This document shows, piece by piece, positions 11,427 to 22,300 of a stretch of DNA of 32,000 nucleotides. Numbering within the stretch: the first letter of the stretch is position 1; each line of letters starts with the position of its first letter. The DNA is taken from assembly GCF_000400465.1 (NCBI RefSeq), contig NW_008806274.1:120244-152243 (forward strand), given 5' to 3'. The notes below the pieces were generated by a model. That model worked only from the letters and a program-made list of their open reading frames with translations. It searched no databases and was not told the origin of the DNA. Both the position numbers and the translations under genes were made by a program. This DNA comes from Wallemia ichthyophaga EXF-994. Taxonomy: Eukaryota; Fungi; Basidiomycota.

Positions 11427-12190
11427 ATGTCAGCGGGGTTGAGTGCCTCAGAAACGGCGGAGATCGACAAGGAAGTATCTAGAGAAGCGCAGCGTATAAA
11501 TCAAGAATTGGAAATAGAGCGTATACTTAAATCATTCAAGCTTAATCCATTTGAAGTACTTGATATCGATTATGGCGTCGATGATAAGACTATTAAGGCA
11601 ATTTACAGAAAGAAGTCCTTGCTCATACACCCTGATAAAGTAAAGCATGAGCGTGCGGTCGAAGCTTTCGATTTGCTGAAGAAAGCCGAGGCTGTGCTTA
11701 GTACTCCGGAAAAGAGGTACAAAATAGACTGCGTCGTCTCCGATGCAAGAATGTTCCTCATAAAGGATCTCAAGTTACCACTGGGTGTACATGATGATCA
11801 TCCATCGATTAAGGAATTGCATCCGCCGTTTAAACTCCAAGTCAAGGAGAAAATGAAACATTTGATGGTTGAGGATGAGTTGCGGAGGCGAAGGTTGGTT
11901 GATGCTGCCTATATACAACACTTTCTAACATTTCCCAAGGGCTATCAAGACACAGCTAGCCAATGAAGGTGCAGAAGCTCGCAAGAAGGATGAAGAGATT
12001 GATAGTAAAAAGCGCAAAGCCGAGGAGAAAAAGGATTGGGAGTGTCAGTTATTCCCCCATGCCATTAACTATAATCTAACCAACTACCCCAGCCAACCGC
12101 GATAACAGAATATCAGATTGGAGATCATTCCAAAAGGGCGACAAGGATAAAAAGAAGCGTAAAAAGGAGAAGATGAATGTATTAGGATGA
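11427..12190 (+). CDS. SPF31: J-domain protein, DNAJC8/Spf31 family
   Basis: Exons 11427-11893, 11940-12043, 12093-12190; introns of 46 and 49 nt. FKLNPFEVLD...YRKKSLLIHPDK (HPD motif). Spliced C-terminus DWE|SNRDNRISDWRSFQKG...KMNVLG* is typical of the family. Confidence 0.88.
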
Positions 12191-12270
12191 GTGTTGATAG
12201 TTTTGATTCACTGTTGATAGAGTGTTTATGTAAACAATGTAAGGCCCAGAGAATTTGTAATTTTAGATAT

Positions 12271-12990
12271 CTAACTTGCTATTTTATATACTTGTCCTGA
12301 TTGATCACTGACTGGTGCCGTTGAAAGAGTGTCTGACCAGAATTTGAGTATACCTGACCACTCTTGAGGATCCTTAGGCATTTCATCACCAGCTTTATCA
12401 CCCTCAAAGATCGTAACTTTGGAGAAAGCTTTATTGAAATTTGAGCTGTCGAGTACATTCCTCGACGGTCGAGTGAAAATGCAAATAGGAGTTGCAGTTT
12501 TAGAAGAACCCGTAGCGTAAGAGAGGAGTGGACCGAGTACATTTACCACTGAGCCCAAACTGATATTGGAAGATCTAGCAAACTCGACAGCAACAGAGCC
12601 ACCTTGAGCGAAACCAAAGAGATGGATATTCCGTGTATCCCAGCCGAATTGGCTAGTGAGTGTGTAAATCAGGTCGTTGAGTAAGTTGAGAGCAATCCGT
12701 GGATCAGGTGACTGGATAAGATTACCGAGCATATCGAAAGACTGATACCACATCCTAGCTTCATCGAAGAAAGGTACGGGGACAGGACCTTGCAAGACGA
12801 GAGACGCGGTCTGAGGAAGACGCAGCTTCTTAGATAGATTAACGAAATGAGAAATGTTGTCGCCCAATCCATGCAGGTAGATGATTAAGTTGCTATCTAC
12901 GCCGTCTGCTGAAGGGACGTACTCAAACTTGGCGTGTCTAAAGTCCCGCTGGCTTATGGCCTTCTTCGCGCCTAATTCTTCGACATTCAT
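12271..12990 (-). CDS. Phospholipase/carboxylesterase-like alpha/beta hydrolase, probably catalytically degenerate
   Basis: LIIYLHGLGDN oxyanion motif. The nucleophile elbow reads GFAQG rather than GFSQG. No His is evident in the C-terminal segment (GDEMPKDPQEW). Confidence 0.82.
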   Translation of the reverse strand: MNVEELGAKKAISQRDFRHAKFEYVPSADGVDSNLIIYLHGLGDNISHFVNLSKKLRLPQTASLVLQGPVPVPFFDEARMWYQSFDMLGNLIQSPDPRIALNLLNDLIYTLTSQFGWDTRNIHLFGFAQGGSVAVEFARSSNISLGSVVNVLGPLLSYATGSSKTATPICIFTRPSRNVLDSSNFNKAFSKVTIFEGDKAGDEMPKDPQEWSGILKFWSDTLSTAPVSDQSGQVYKIAS

Positions 12991-13171
12991 CGTTTATTAA
13001 AGATGAGAGTGTTGATAAGCGGGGCGTCTTAGCTTTGGATCCAACTGTCAAGTGGAAATATCTGCGAAAAAATGGTTTCTTTTGAGCCGCTTTTTGCGTC
13101 TGGGGTGAGTGCAGGGGAATATTGCATTCTATAATCACCTCCTCATCCACTCACAGCACCATGAAATCAAA

Positions 13172-13989
13172 ATGCCGTCAAGTCGAAACAAGAATACGAC
13201 TTTGACCGCGGATGACAAACCTTTGGGTGTGTATTGATGCTTCGGTTTATTTCAGCCACATAGGCTCATTAGCTGTTAGTTTGGGTCGATTTGGAGATGT
13301 CCGGGCTGGACATCAATCAAGACTGTATAATAGAGGCAGCCGTTATAATTACTGATGGTAATCTTAACGCGGTTGATAACGGTATATCAATCCCCGTTCA
13401 AAGATCTAAAGCTGTGATGGACAAGTAAGCGTAAAGCAGCAATACTACACACGCATTCTTACGCGTTTTTTTTCATAGTATGAACGAATGGTGTATCAGT
13501 ACACACGGATTGTCTGGTCTCACCAAGCAGGTGCTCTCCAGTCCATACTCTCCTCAAGAAGTCAGCGGCGTCTGCTACGAGTATATCAAACGCTGGATAC
13601 CGGATCCTCGGGTGGCTGTTATAGCAGGCAACACTGTGCATATGGATTTACGTTTCTTAGGTTCGTTGGGTTTGTTGGTGACTCTAAATGTTTAATCTCC
13701 ATTTACACCGCAGAAATGGACGCACACAAAGAAGGATGGTCACAGATTGCTTCACATCTTGGTTACAGAGTGGTCGATGTCTCTTCATTTAAGGAAATTG
13801 CCAGACGGTGGTATCCTAATCTACCACTCAAATCGAAGCAGGCGTCTACACACCGGTGAGTGGGAACATGCAAAGGCGATCAGGGCCATTGCTGATTATG
13901 GTATAATATACAGCGCTCTCGATGACATCAGGGCTAGTATTGATGAATTGAAGTACTACAAGCAGTCAATGTTCAAGCCAACAAAATAA
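13172..13989 (+). CDS. REX2: Oligoribonuclease (DEDDh 3'-5' exonuclease, Orn/Rex2)
   Basis: Five exons; introns include 13227-13279 and 13425-13478. Spliced motifs: DKPL|VWVDLEMSGLD, MNEWCISTHGLSGL, AGNTVHMD, HLGYRVVDVSSFKEIARRWYP, H|RALDDIRASIDELKYY. Confidence 0.93.
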
Positions 13990-14065
13990 ACTAACAAGAT
14001 AAATGTAATATTATTATATCCGTATCCTTAGCCCCACTCACCTCCTTTAACACCAACATCCACCA

Positions 14066-14858
14066 ATGGCTGATCAGCAGACGCATAAGATTTACTACTT
14101 GGGAGCATTTGACAGCTCGAATAAGCCTGCAATAAATATACAGCAATGTGAGGATCTCGGCAGCTTCAGCTTCTATCAGCGCAGCTCCGTTAGGGAGTTC
14201 TTGGTCTTCATGGCTAAGACTGTGGCAGAGAGAACCGAAAATGGACAGAGGCAATCAGTGCAGGAGAACAACTACACAGCGCACGTATTCAGACAGGGGG
14301 ATTATTCAGGTGGGTTGAGTGGACTGTGTTACGTGGTTAGCTCACTTTTTTATAGCTGTGGCTATTGTAACGGAGCAGTATCCAGTCAGGCCAGCGTGTG
14401 TACCCTAATTACGCGTCACAACCACTCTAAAACACACACAGCTTCTCCCTTCTGCAAAAAATACTTGACGCAGTCCCTGGCGCGGTCAGAACTGCACCAA
14501 CATACCCTGAGTGGGTCGAAGGAGCGAGAAAGGGGAATAACCCCACACAATGTCCAGTAGTATTGCCTGAGCTCAATACCCTCATCATAAAGTACCAAGA
14601 TCCCAAGCAAGCAGACACCATCATGAGAGTACAGCAAGAGTTGGATGAGACAAAGGTCGTAATGCACAAGACAATCGAAAGCGTCTTGGAGAGAGGTGAG
14701 AAGCTGGACAATCTCGTCGAGCGTTCAAATGCTCTATCTGCACAATCTAAGATGTTTTACAAGACTGCAAAAAAGCAAAATAGCTGTGGGTGTGGATTGT
14801 TTTGCTATGATCCATCTAAACGCTTGACAAACACTATACAGGCTGCGTTATTTCTTAA
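14066..14858 (+). CDS. YKT6: Longin R-SNARE Ykt6
   Basis: DLGSFSFYQRSSVREF (longin domain) and KYQDPKQADTIMRVQQELDETK...LERGEKLDNLVERS (R-SNARE). The last intron, 14786-14841 (GTGGGT..TACAG), creates the terminal NSCCVIS* di-cysteine prenylation motif. Confidence 0.95.
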
Positions 14859-14926
14859 TCCATCTTGCTCGGATACCTCGTCTTTGTTCGTAATAATACA
14901 CATTATCATACATATGTACACCCATT

Positions 14927-15598
14927 TCACCTTGATGTGCCCCGTATACTGGCTGGATTGGGTGAATGAGTCGTTGAATGAGCAGGAACAGTCAGCGCTC
15001 GATCGTCAATACGCGTCTTCTTCTCTCCATTCGCGACACCGTTGATACCATCGTCCTCATCTTCGCGTCTCCTCTTCTTTTTCTTCTTCTTGCGTCTTTC
15101 ATCGTCGTCGTCGCGTCCGGTGAAGACGGAGGCGTCAAACTGAGTTGAGTTAGTCGTGCTCATTCCACGAAGTACATTGATCGCCCAACTTACATTGGGT
15201 ATACTTCCAGGCGGGAGTCTTCCAAACGCCTCGACCAACGTGGCATTATCAATACTATCAGCAGTGATAGTTGGTGGCTGGAACTCTGGATCGAACAGCA
15301 GATCGCGAATTTTAGGCAGCGAGCTATCCTTCTTGCTGATTGTGTTACGTCCAGGAAGATCATTTACAAATAGCTTGAACGTTGACTCCATTTTGTTTCT
15401 CCTAGCCTCACCGTTATCCTGAGGAATTTGAGTGCTACTGCCAGTTGCGTTGGCTGCAGTTGGCTTTATGTATGGCTTTACGTATGTGTCGTAAGTCTCA
15501 TCGAGCCCGAACAACGTTAGCAGATCCTGATTGCCGTTGATTGTACCATTCGGAACCTCACTGGGATCTTCAATTGGATAATAATTCGGTATTTCCAT
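14927..15598 (-). CDS. MED19: Mediator subunit Med19 (Rox3)
   Basis: GNQDLLTLFGLDETYDTYVKP, FKLFVNDLPGR and a Lys-rich KKKKKKRRRE tail. Probable in-frame 54-nt intron 15193-15140 (GTAAGT..CTAAC..CTCAG). Confidence 0.75.
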   Translation of the reverse strand: MEIPNYYPIEDPSEVPNGTINGNQDLLTLFGLDETYDTYVKPYIKPTAANATGSSTQIPQDNGEARRNKMESTFKLFVNDLPGRNTISKKDSSLPKIRDLLFDPEFQPPTITADSIDNATLVEAFGRLPPGSIPNVSWAINVLRGMSTTNSTQFDASVFTGRDDDDERRKKKKKKRRREDEDDGINGVANGEKKTRIDDRALTVPAHSTTHSPNPASIRGTSR

Positions 15599-15643
15599 TT
15601 GCGATGGTTGTTATGGTTGCGATGTTGGTTGACTACTTCAACG

Positions 15644-16248
15644 ATGAACTGTGAGCGCTATGAGGTGACTGTAGGGAAATCAGCTAAAATCTTATAAATA
15701 GTCATTCCCAATGGGCCTGGATTGCTGCCAAAGTGGATGCTATTCGTTTCTGTGCTCGCCATATTCAACAGCATACAGAATTGCTTAACTACTTCACTCA
15801 CAGCTCGCGTATACAATCACAAGCCACAATTAGGTGTGTTTCTATTGGCAATTTGCCCTCTCTCACAGCCACTCCTCAGTAAATCCCCTTCAAGCACGAA
15901 CGTTTGGCGTGTGGACCTTCACTTCAGCTGTCGTTAGATTCTACGCTGCGCACAACATTAATAATAAAGTGTGAGCGGGAATGTTTGTAGGTGAATTCCA
16001 TCATTCTCACATCTCATCCCTTTAGCGTCTACGAAATCGCTATCTGGACATACGCTATCGTCATTGCGCACTATATATCCGAACTTCTCTACTACAGAAC
16101 ATCGAAGCTAAGCGCAGGAATCATTAGTCCACTTGTTATCGGTAGTAAGTTCGGATTCCTTGCCCTGTTCCCCACCATCCTAACAGCCATATTAGCTGCT
16201 TCTTTCGTGTGGATGATATCACAATACGATTTCTACGTCAAGATTTGA
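15644..16248 (+). CDS. ERG28: Ergosterol biosynthesis scaffold Erg28
   Basis: Micro-exon ATGAACT 15644-15650 and intron 15651-15701 give MNFIPNGPGLLPKWMLFVSVLAIFNSIQ. Later exons give NPLQARTFGVWTFTSAVVRFYAA and HYISELLYYRT. Four introns in total. Confidence 0.92.
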
Positions 16249-16313
16249 AATCTAATCTGTTTTATTATATACTCTTAATAATCTTTATCTATTGAAATCA
16301 ATGTACATTCTTT

Positions 16314-19300
16314 TCACTTGAACGCAAAGAAATCGGATGCTGCTACGGGTGAACTATGCTTCGGAAGCTGTACTGCGCGTTGTCGACCACTGCTTCCATC
16401 GTTTTTATGGCGTGGGTGACGAATATGCCCTTCTGAGTCTCTCGAACCGGGTGAGAATTCATCAATTGGTTGCTCATCCCTTGTTGCTGTCTTGCTTGGC
16501 GTACCCGAAGGCGTCGATTTAGCTACAGCCTTTTCATCTCTCCGCTTCCGTATAGCTTCAGCACTCGGTATGTCAACCAGCGAAAGTGGTTCGTCTCGCG
16601 CAAATTGATACCTTTCACTTCCATCTTTTATCACACTCGCTTTAGATGGTTTGCGTGTTTTCAGGGCTGCAGCTAGCTTTGATCTGCGTGCATCTTGTGA
16701 GAGTGTTCTTTCAACAACATCTTTGTCTGGTGGTGGAATGCTCTTTGCACTAACGCTTTTCTCAAATGATAATGCACTTGGCTTGCTACCGTTACCGCCC
16801 ATACCGCCGTTGTTGATTGAAAGCTTTTCAGCACGCTTAATCAAATCATCCAAATTAATCCTCTTCTCAGCTATAGCTATCGCCATTGTACGTGTTGTCC
16901 GGTTTATACTGTCAATTGAAGGAACTTTGAATGTCTTTCCACCTGTCTTCGATTGCATCATCTTGGCCTTGAGTGAGCTGAGTTGATCCTCTACACTCAT
17001 TATACCATCATTCAGCGCTTGCATAGATTTCCGAAGCTTTTGCTGATTCTCACTGTGCTCTGGTCCTAACTGCCTCACTTTCACTATACGAGCAAATTCT
17101 GGATCATTCCTTGCCCTTATGAATCGTGAAATCTCTTCTTTCTTAGTTTCAGCTGTGTGATAATGCGTTAGATAGTTATCAAGTTTAGCATATCCCTAAC
17201 TCACCCTTTAACAAAAGACTCTGTAACTCAACAACTTTGCGCTTCTGTGACAATGACGAATCCTTCAATTCTATCGTATCAGCCTCCAAATCCACACTGA
17301 GCTTCTTAATCAACTCAATGTCACCCAATGACCATTGAGATTTGTCATAGAGAGCCATTACATCATATTCATCAACTGATTGACGCTTCTTTGTGATTTT
17401 ATCGTGGAAATCTAGACAGCTCTTGATATTAACATTCATCTGTTAAACGTAAGCTAGGCGACCTCCACCAAACAGACAACTTACACTCTCGATCTCCTTC
17501 TCAACCATTAGGTACATCTTCAAGAACTCCATAGCCATGCCAGAGGTACCCTCTAATTGACTTGCAGACAACTCCTCATCCATTAGCTTCAACTTAGGAG
17601 GTTGATGTGGTGTTTGTATTGAGTATGATTCATTGTCATTATGCACCTTCTTGAAAGGCGCCGAGACTGGCACAGGAGAAGCAATTGGCGCCTGTTTAGA
17701 GAATGCATCCGAGAAGGCCCCATTATTGAAGCTGAAACTACCACTTGATGATTGAGCTGGAGTTTCCGTACTTGGATTGAAACCAGCGAAAGTAGGACTT
17801 TGAGGTGCGCTAAATAAATTTGGTTTAACAACTTCTGTTGCTGGCGCTTGCTGACCGAAACCAAACTTAGTCTTCTAGGTTTTGTCAAAAGAGCAAAGTT
17901 GGTACAAAATTACTTACGTCTTTTTGCGGAGAGGTTATTGATGCCTTACCGTAGACTGGTGGAGACGAAGCCAGCGGTGAGCTCTCACGCGGTTTAAATG
18001 GTAAACCGAAAGGTGACTGTTGACCAGCCTTGCCGAATGCACCGCTCTTAAAGCTGAGTGCAGATGCTGCCGACGTTTTTTCAGGTGAGCCTGGAGGTGT
18101 GGTAGATTCGTCGTCTTCCACTTCCCTCTGCTCTTCAACACCTTCTTTCTGCTCTTCATGACCCTCTTTCTGCTCTTCGACTTCAACACCCTCTTCCTCT
18201 TCCGCCTCATCAACACCCTCTTCTTCGTCAACAGTGTTGCTGACATGCTCATACCCTTCACTATCACCGCTTTCTTCTTCTTCTTCCTCCTCCTCATCGC
18301 CATCATCTTCTCCTTCCTCATCTTCAGCGTTATCCTGATCAAATTGAACTACCGGCGGATGTTCTTGTGACACTCTCCTACTTGGAGACTCAGATGCAAA
18401 GCCAAAGAAACTCTTCGTTCTGTCATCTTCTTCTTTAGCATCGCTTATTTGTTTCTGATAAAATTGTGAGATTAGAGATGAATAACAACTCTCAAACCAA
18501 CCTTATCCTGGGATTTTGCAATGTTTCCACCAATTGAGAAGCTACTCGACGAACTAAAGGCGGATGGTTTACTGCTTTCAGGGGTTTTTGAAGCATCTCC
18601 ACCAAACCCAAATGCACCTGTAGGGTTTGGTGATTCATTATTAGTTCCTGCGAATGAGAAAGCACTCGCTGGTTTGCTATCTTCAGATGGCTTGGCAAAT
18701 GCTGAGAAAGCATTTTTTGGTGCTTCATTCTTTTTATCATCTTTAACGGGAGATCCGAATGCATTGGCATGAGCACTAGTACTGGCACCACCAAAGCTGA
18801 AAGCAGATGGTGCTTTCCCCAAATTATCCTTCTTCTCGTTTTTAGCAGGCGAAGTAAAGGCATTAGCACCTCCAAAGCTAAACTGGGACGGTGCCTTCAG
18901 TGGATCATCTTTCTTCTCGTCAGTTGCAGTTGATTCTTCTGGCTTGACACCTCCAAAGCTAAAACCACCAGTCGTTGGAGCTGCTTTAGGGGGCTGAGAA
19001 GCGGTCCCAAAAGCACTTGCACCACCGAAGCTAAATGCTGATGGTGCTTTGACCGTATCATCCCTCTTCTCATCCGTTTTTGGCGCATGTGAAGAAGAGC
19101 CTGACGAACCAAATGAGCCTCCTCCGAATGAGAACCCGGCACCCCCTGGGGCTGCAGGTGGAGCTGCTGGCATTGATGACGCTTTGCTATTTTCGCCCGA
19201 TTCCTTTAAAGTGTTGTCGCATACACCACACTTGGTCGCATCAGCTGGTTGATCGAGCATACATACGCCACACTGTTGCTTGCTTTCTTGAGACTTTGCG

Positions 19301-22300
19301 AACATTTGAGCAAGGGGGCTTGGCTCGCTAGTCTTCTCTTGCGTTGGCGCGCTTGACAGCGCAGGTTTTGGTGCCTCAGAATCAGGGTTCTTGAATGCAG
19401 TTGCGCATACCGTGCACTTATCAGCATCTTTGGACGACTTTAATGAGCAACTTGAACATATTTGCTGATCGTTGGACTGTGTACGTGCTGTAGCGAAGAT
19501 GCTTGGCATTTCTTGCTTGTCTTCTTTTTCGTTCTTGCTACTCTCATCTTGCTGATTTTGCTTTGCTTTAGCTTCATCCTCAGCGTCTGCCTTACGCTTG
19601 TCTTCTTCCTCAGCCTTTTTACTGGTTTCCTCTCCCTCTTTCTTTTGAGCAGCGGCGGCCGCGGCGGTAGCAGTCTCCTCTTCTTTCTTTCTCTCGTTTT
19701 CCGCTTCAACAGCCTTCTTGCAATTTTCTTCTTCCTCTCCTTTTTTAACTTTCTCCTCTTTCTCCTTCTCTTCCTTTTTTTCCCTTTCTTGTTGTTGCTT
19801 TTGAGCTTTTTCTTTTTCAGCATTAGCAGCAGCTTCCTGCTCAGCTTTGGCAATCTGTAGCTTTTCGCGCTCTTCCTCGCCTCTGTCTTTCTCCTTGACA
19901 TAAGCGAACGTGTCATCAACGTTATCACCCTCTTCCGATTCAGCTTCTTCGTGTGTCTTGGCATTACCCTCCTTCAAGCAGCCAACATCGAGTTGGGTAC
20001 CGCTACCAAAATCAGCGAGAAGATCATCAACCTGACCATCTTTCTTCTTATCTTTCTGAGACATCTCAGCAGACGTATTGCGCAAACCGAACGTATTAGA
20101 AGCACCTCCGAAACCGAACCCTGCACCTGCACCTGCACCTGTATCGTTAGATGGCTTGGTTGGTGAGCTTCCACTGATTGCTTTGAGGCGAGTTAGATTA
20201 CATCTCTAAAGTCTATGTACCACTCACAGAATGCATTGCTCGTCGGCTGCAATGGAGTTTTACTTTCACTTCCGCTTTCTCCTCTCTCTCTCTTCACGTC
20301 AGCCTTAGGTGTAGTGCTGCCGAAAGCACTCTGACCAAATGCACTTGGCTTTCCGAATGCACTCGATTCAGTCTTACTCTTGACATTGTCTGAGAACGCA
20401 CCAAATGCACTGCCTCCCTCTTTCTTCTCACCGAACAAACTCGGTTTAGCTGCAAATGCACCAAAGCCTCCCCCGCCACTGGGCGTTGTAGCCGGTGAGC
20501 TCTCACTGCCACCTTGGTCCTCTTTTTTAGGCGTACCGAATGCCGATGACTGTCCAAACGCAGATGAAGATGGCGGCTTGGATGCGAAAGCGCCAAAGCC
20601 GCCACCACTAGATGGTGCAGTTGCAGATGCTAAAGCAGAAGTAGATGAGCCCTCCTTCTCCTTCCTGGGTGTACCGAATGCTGATGTCTGACCGAATGCC
20701 GAGGGTTGTCCAAAAGCAGTAGATGTTGACGGCTGAGATGCGAACGCACCAAATGCTCCACCGCTAGTTGGTGTGCTGGTTTGGGGGCTTTCTTTATCTG
20801 GCTTTGGTGCACCGAATGCTGAGGTCTGGCCAAATGCCGAAGTCTGACCGAATGCACTGGGCTGGCCAAACGTACTAGCAGATCCACCGAATGCACCAGG
20901 TTTGGCAGAGAAAGCCCCAAATCCGCCACTAGCAACACTTGATTCGGCTGGTTTGTCATCCTTATTTGCAGATCCAAAGGCAGTAGGTTTGTTTGAAAAT
21001 GCACCAAATCCACCTCCGCTTTGACTGAAGCCACTTGGCTGACCGAAAGCACTAGGTGTGCTTTGTCCAAACGTGCTGTTTTGTCCAAATGCACTGCCTG
21101 TTGTTGGTGCAGTCGAAGGACTCGACGAGAAGGCATTCGCAGGAGCCGGAGCCGGAGCCGGAGCTGGATTTGAAAAGGCAGATGGTTTTTGCTGCGGCTC
21201 ACTCTGCATAGGTGCAGCTTCAATCGATTCTTCTTGCGGATCATTGGGCCATCCTTTCAGATACTGATATGGTCCATACGAGTTTATTAACCACCACGCA
21301 AACAGTTTACCTTCAGAGTTGAGCGTCCATAGAGCAGGAGCAGGAGGGCCATCAGGTGTGTCTGCAGCAGAGCCAGGCTCTGGTTTTAATGGATCTTTCG
21401 CACCCAAGTCAAGCTCCAGCCCGACTGGATATGTCTCTTCTTGCTCCTCCGACATTGGCAGTGCTGGTCTAGCAGTTTCTGGAAGAGCGGCAGCGGCAGC
21501 AGCTATCTCATCGTCTCCAAACACTTCTTTGGCGTGTGGGGAGGACGTGTCTGGTGTGACTATACAGCCTATATCCGAAGAAGGACCTGATGCAGCAAAT
21601 AGTATGTTCCTGAATGGCGACCAATCCCTCAACCAGCTGAAATAGCGGTATGGGAGACGCGACATAACGCCGAAAGGCGGTGCTGGATCAATAGCTTCGA
21701 TGTAGTTGCCATTGTGGATGAAACATGTCTTGTCTTCGAGCGTGTAAGCATCCTGATCGCTATCTCGGCCCTCACTGGAAGCCTCTTTACTGAGTGAAAA
21801 TGTGATAAGGAAGAGATTGTTCTCGAGCCATTTGAGTGAGTTTGGTACGTGATTGGGGGTGAGCTCGAATGAAGAAGGGGGAGGAGGTATCGACATTTTG
21901 ACTTGATTGGAGGTAGTTACTGTGATGATTTCGTTTGTATTTAACGCTAAAGCTAGTTGCTTCCCTTTGGCTGACCAGCTTGCAGCAAAAGTGGTTTTGT
22001 TGAGGCATTGCGTGTTTTTTGACATTTCATCGTGCAAGTAAATGCAGCCGTCAGCTGTGAGAATGGTAATATATTGTCCTACTGGATTTGGGAGTATTGA
22101 GGTTGGATGAGAAGGCAAGTCGATGGAGTTGGTGAGTGTGGCATCGACGTACAAGTGCAACGACTTATCGCTGGCGACTATGAGTTGATTGGAGTGGTAC
22201 TTGATGTGCTGAGATTGCGTGTTGATCGTGTGTATCGGTGCTTGTGGTGAGAGAAGCTGATGAGACTGAGATTGCGACAGTTGAGAGCGCAGGCCGGATA

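Noticed and set aside
19440-19964. Lys/Arg-rich alternative-frame ORFs in NUP159 (also 17935-18342 and 20630-21244)
   Set aside because: These are shifted readings of GAA/AAG-rich or repeat-coding low-complexity sequence, which is naturally poor in stop codons.
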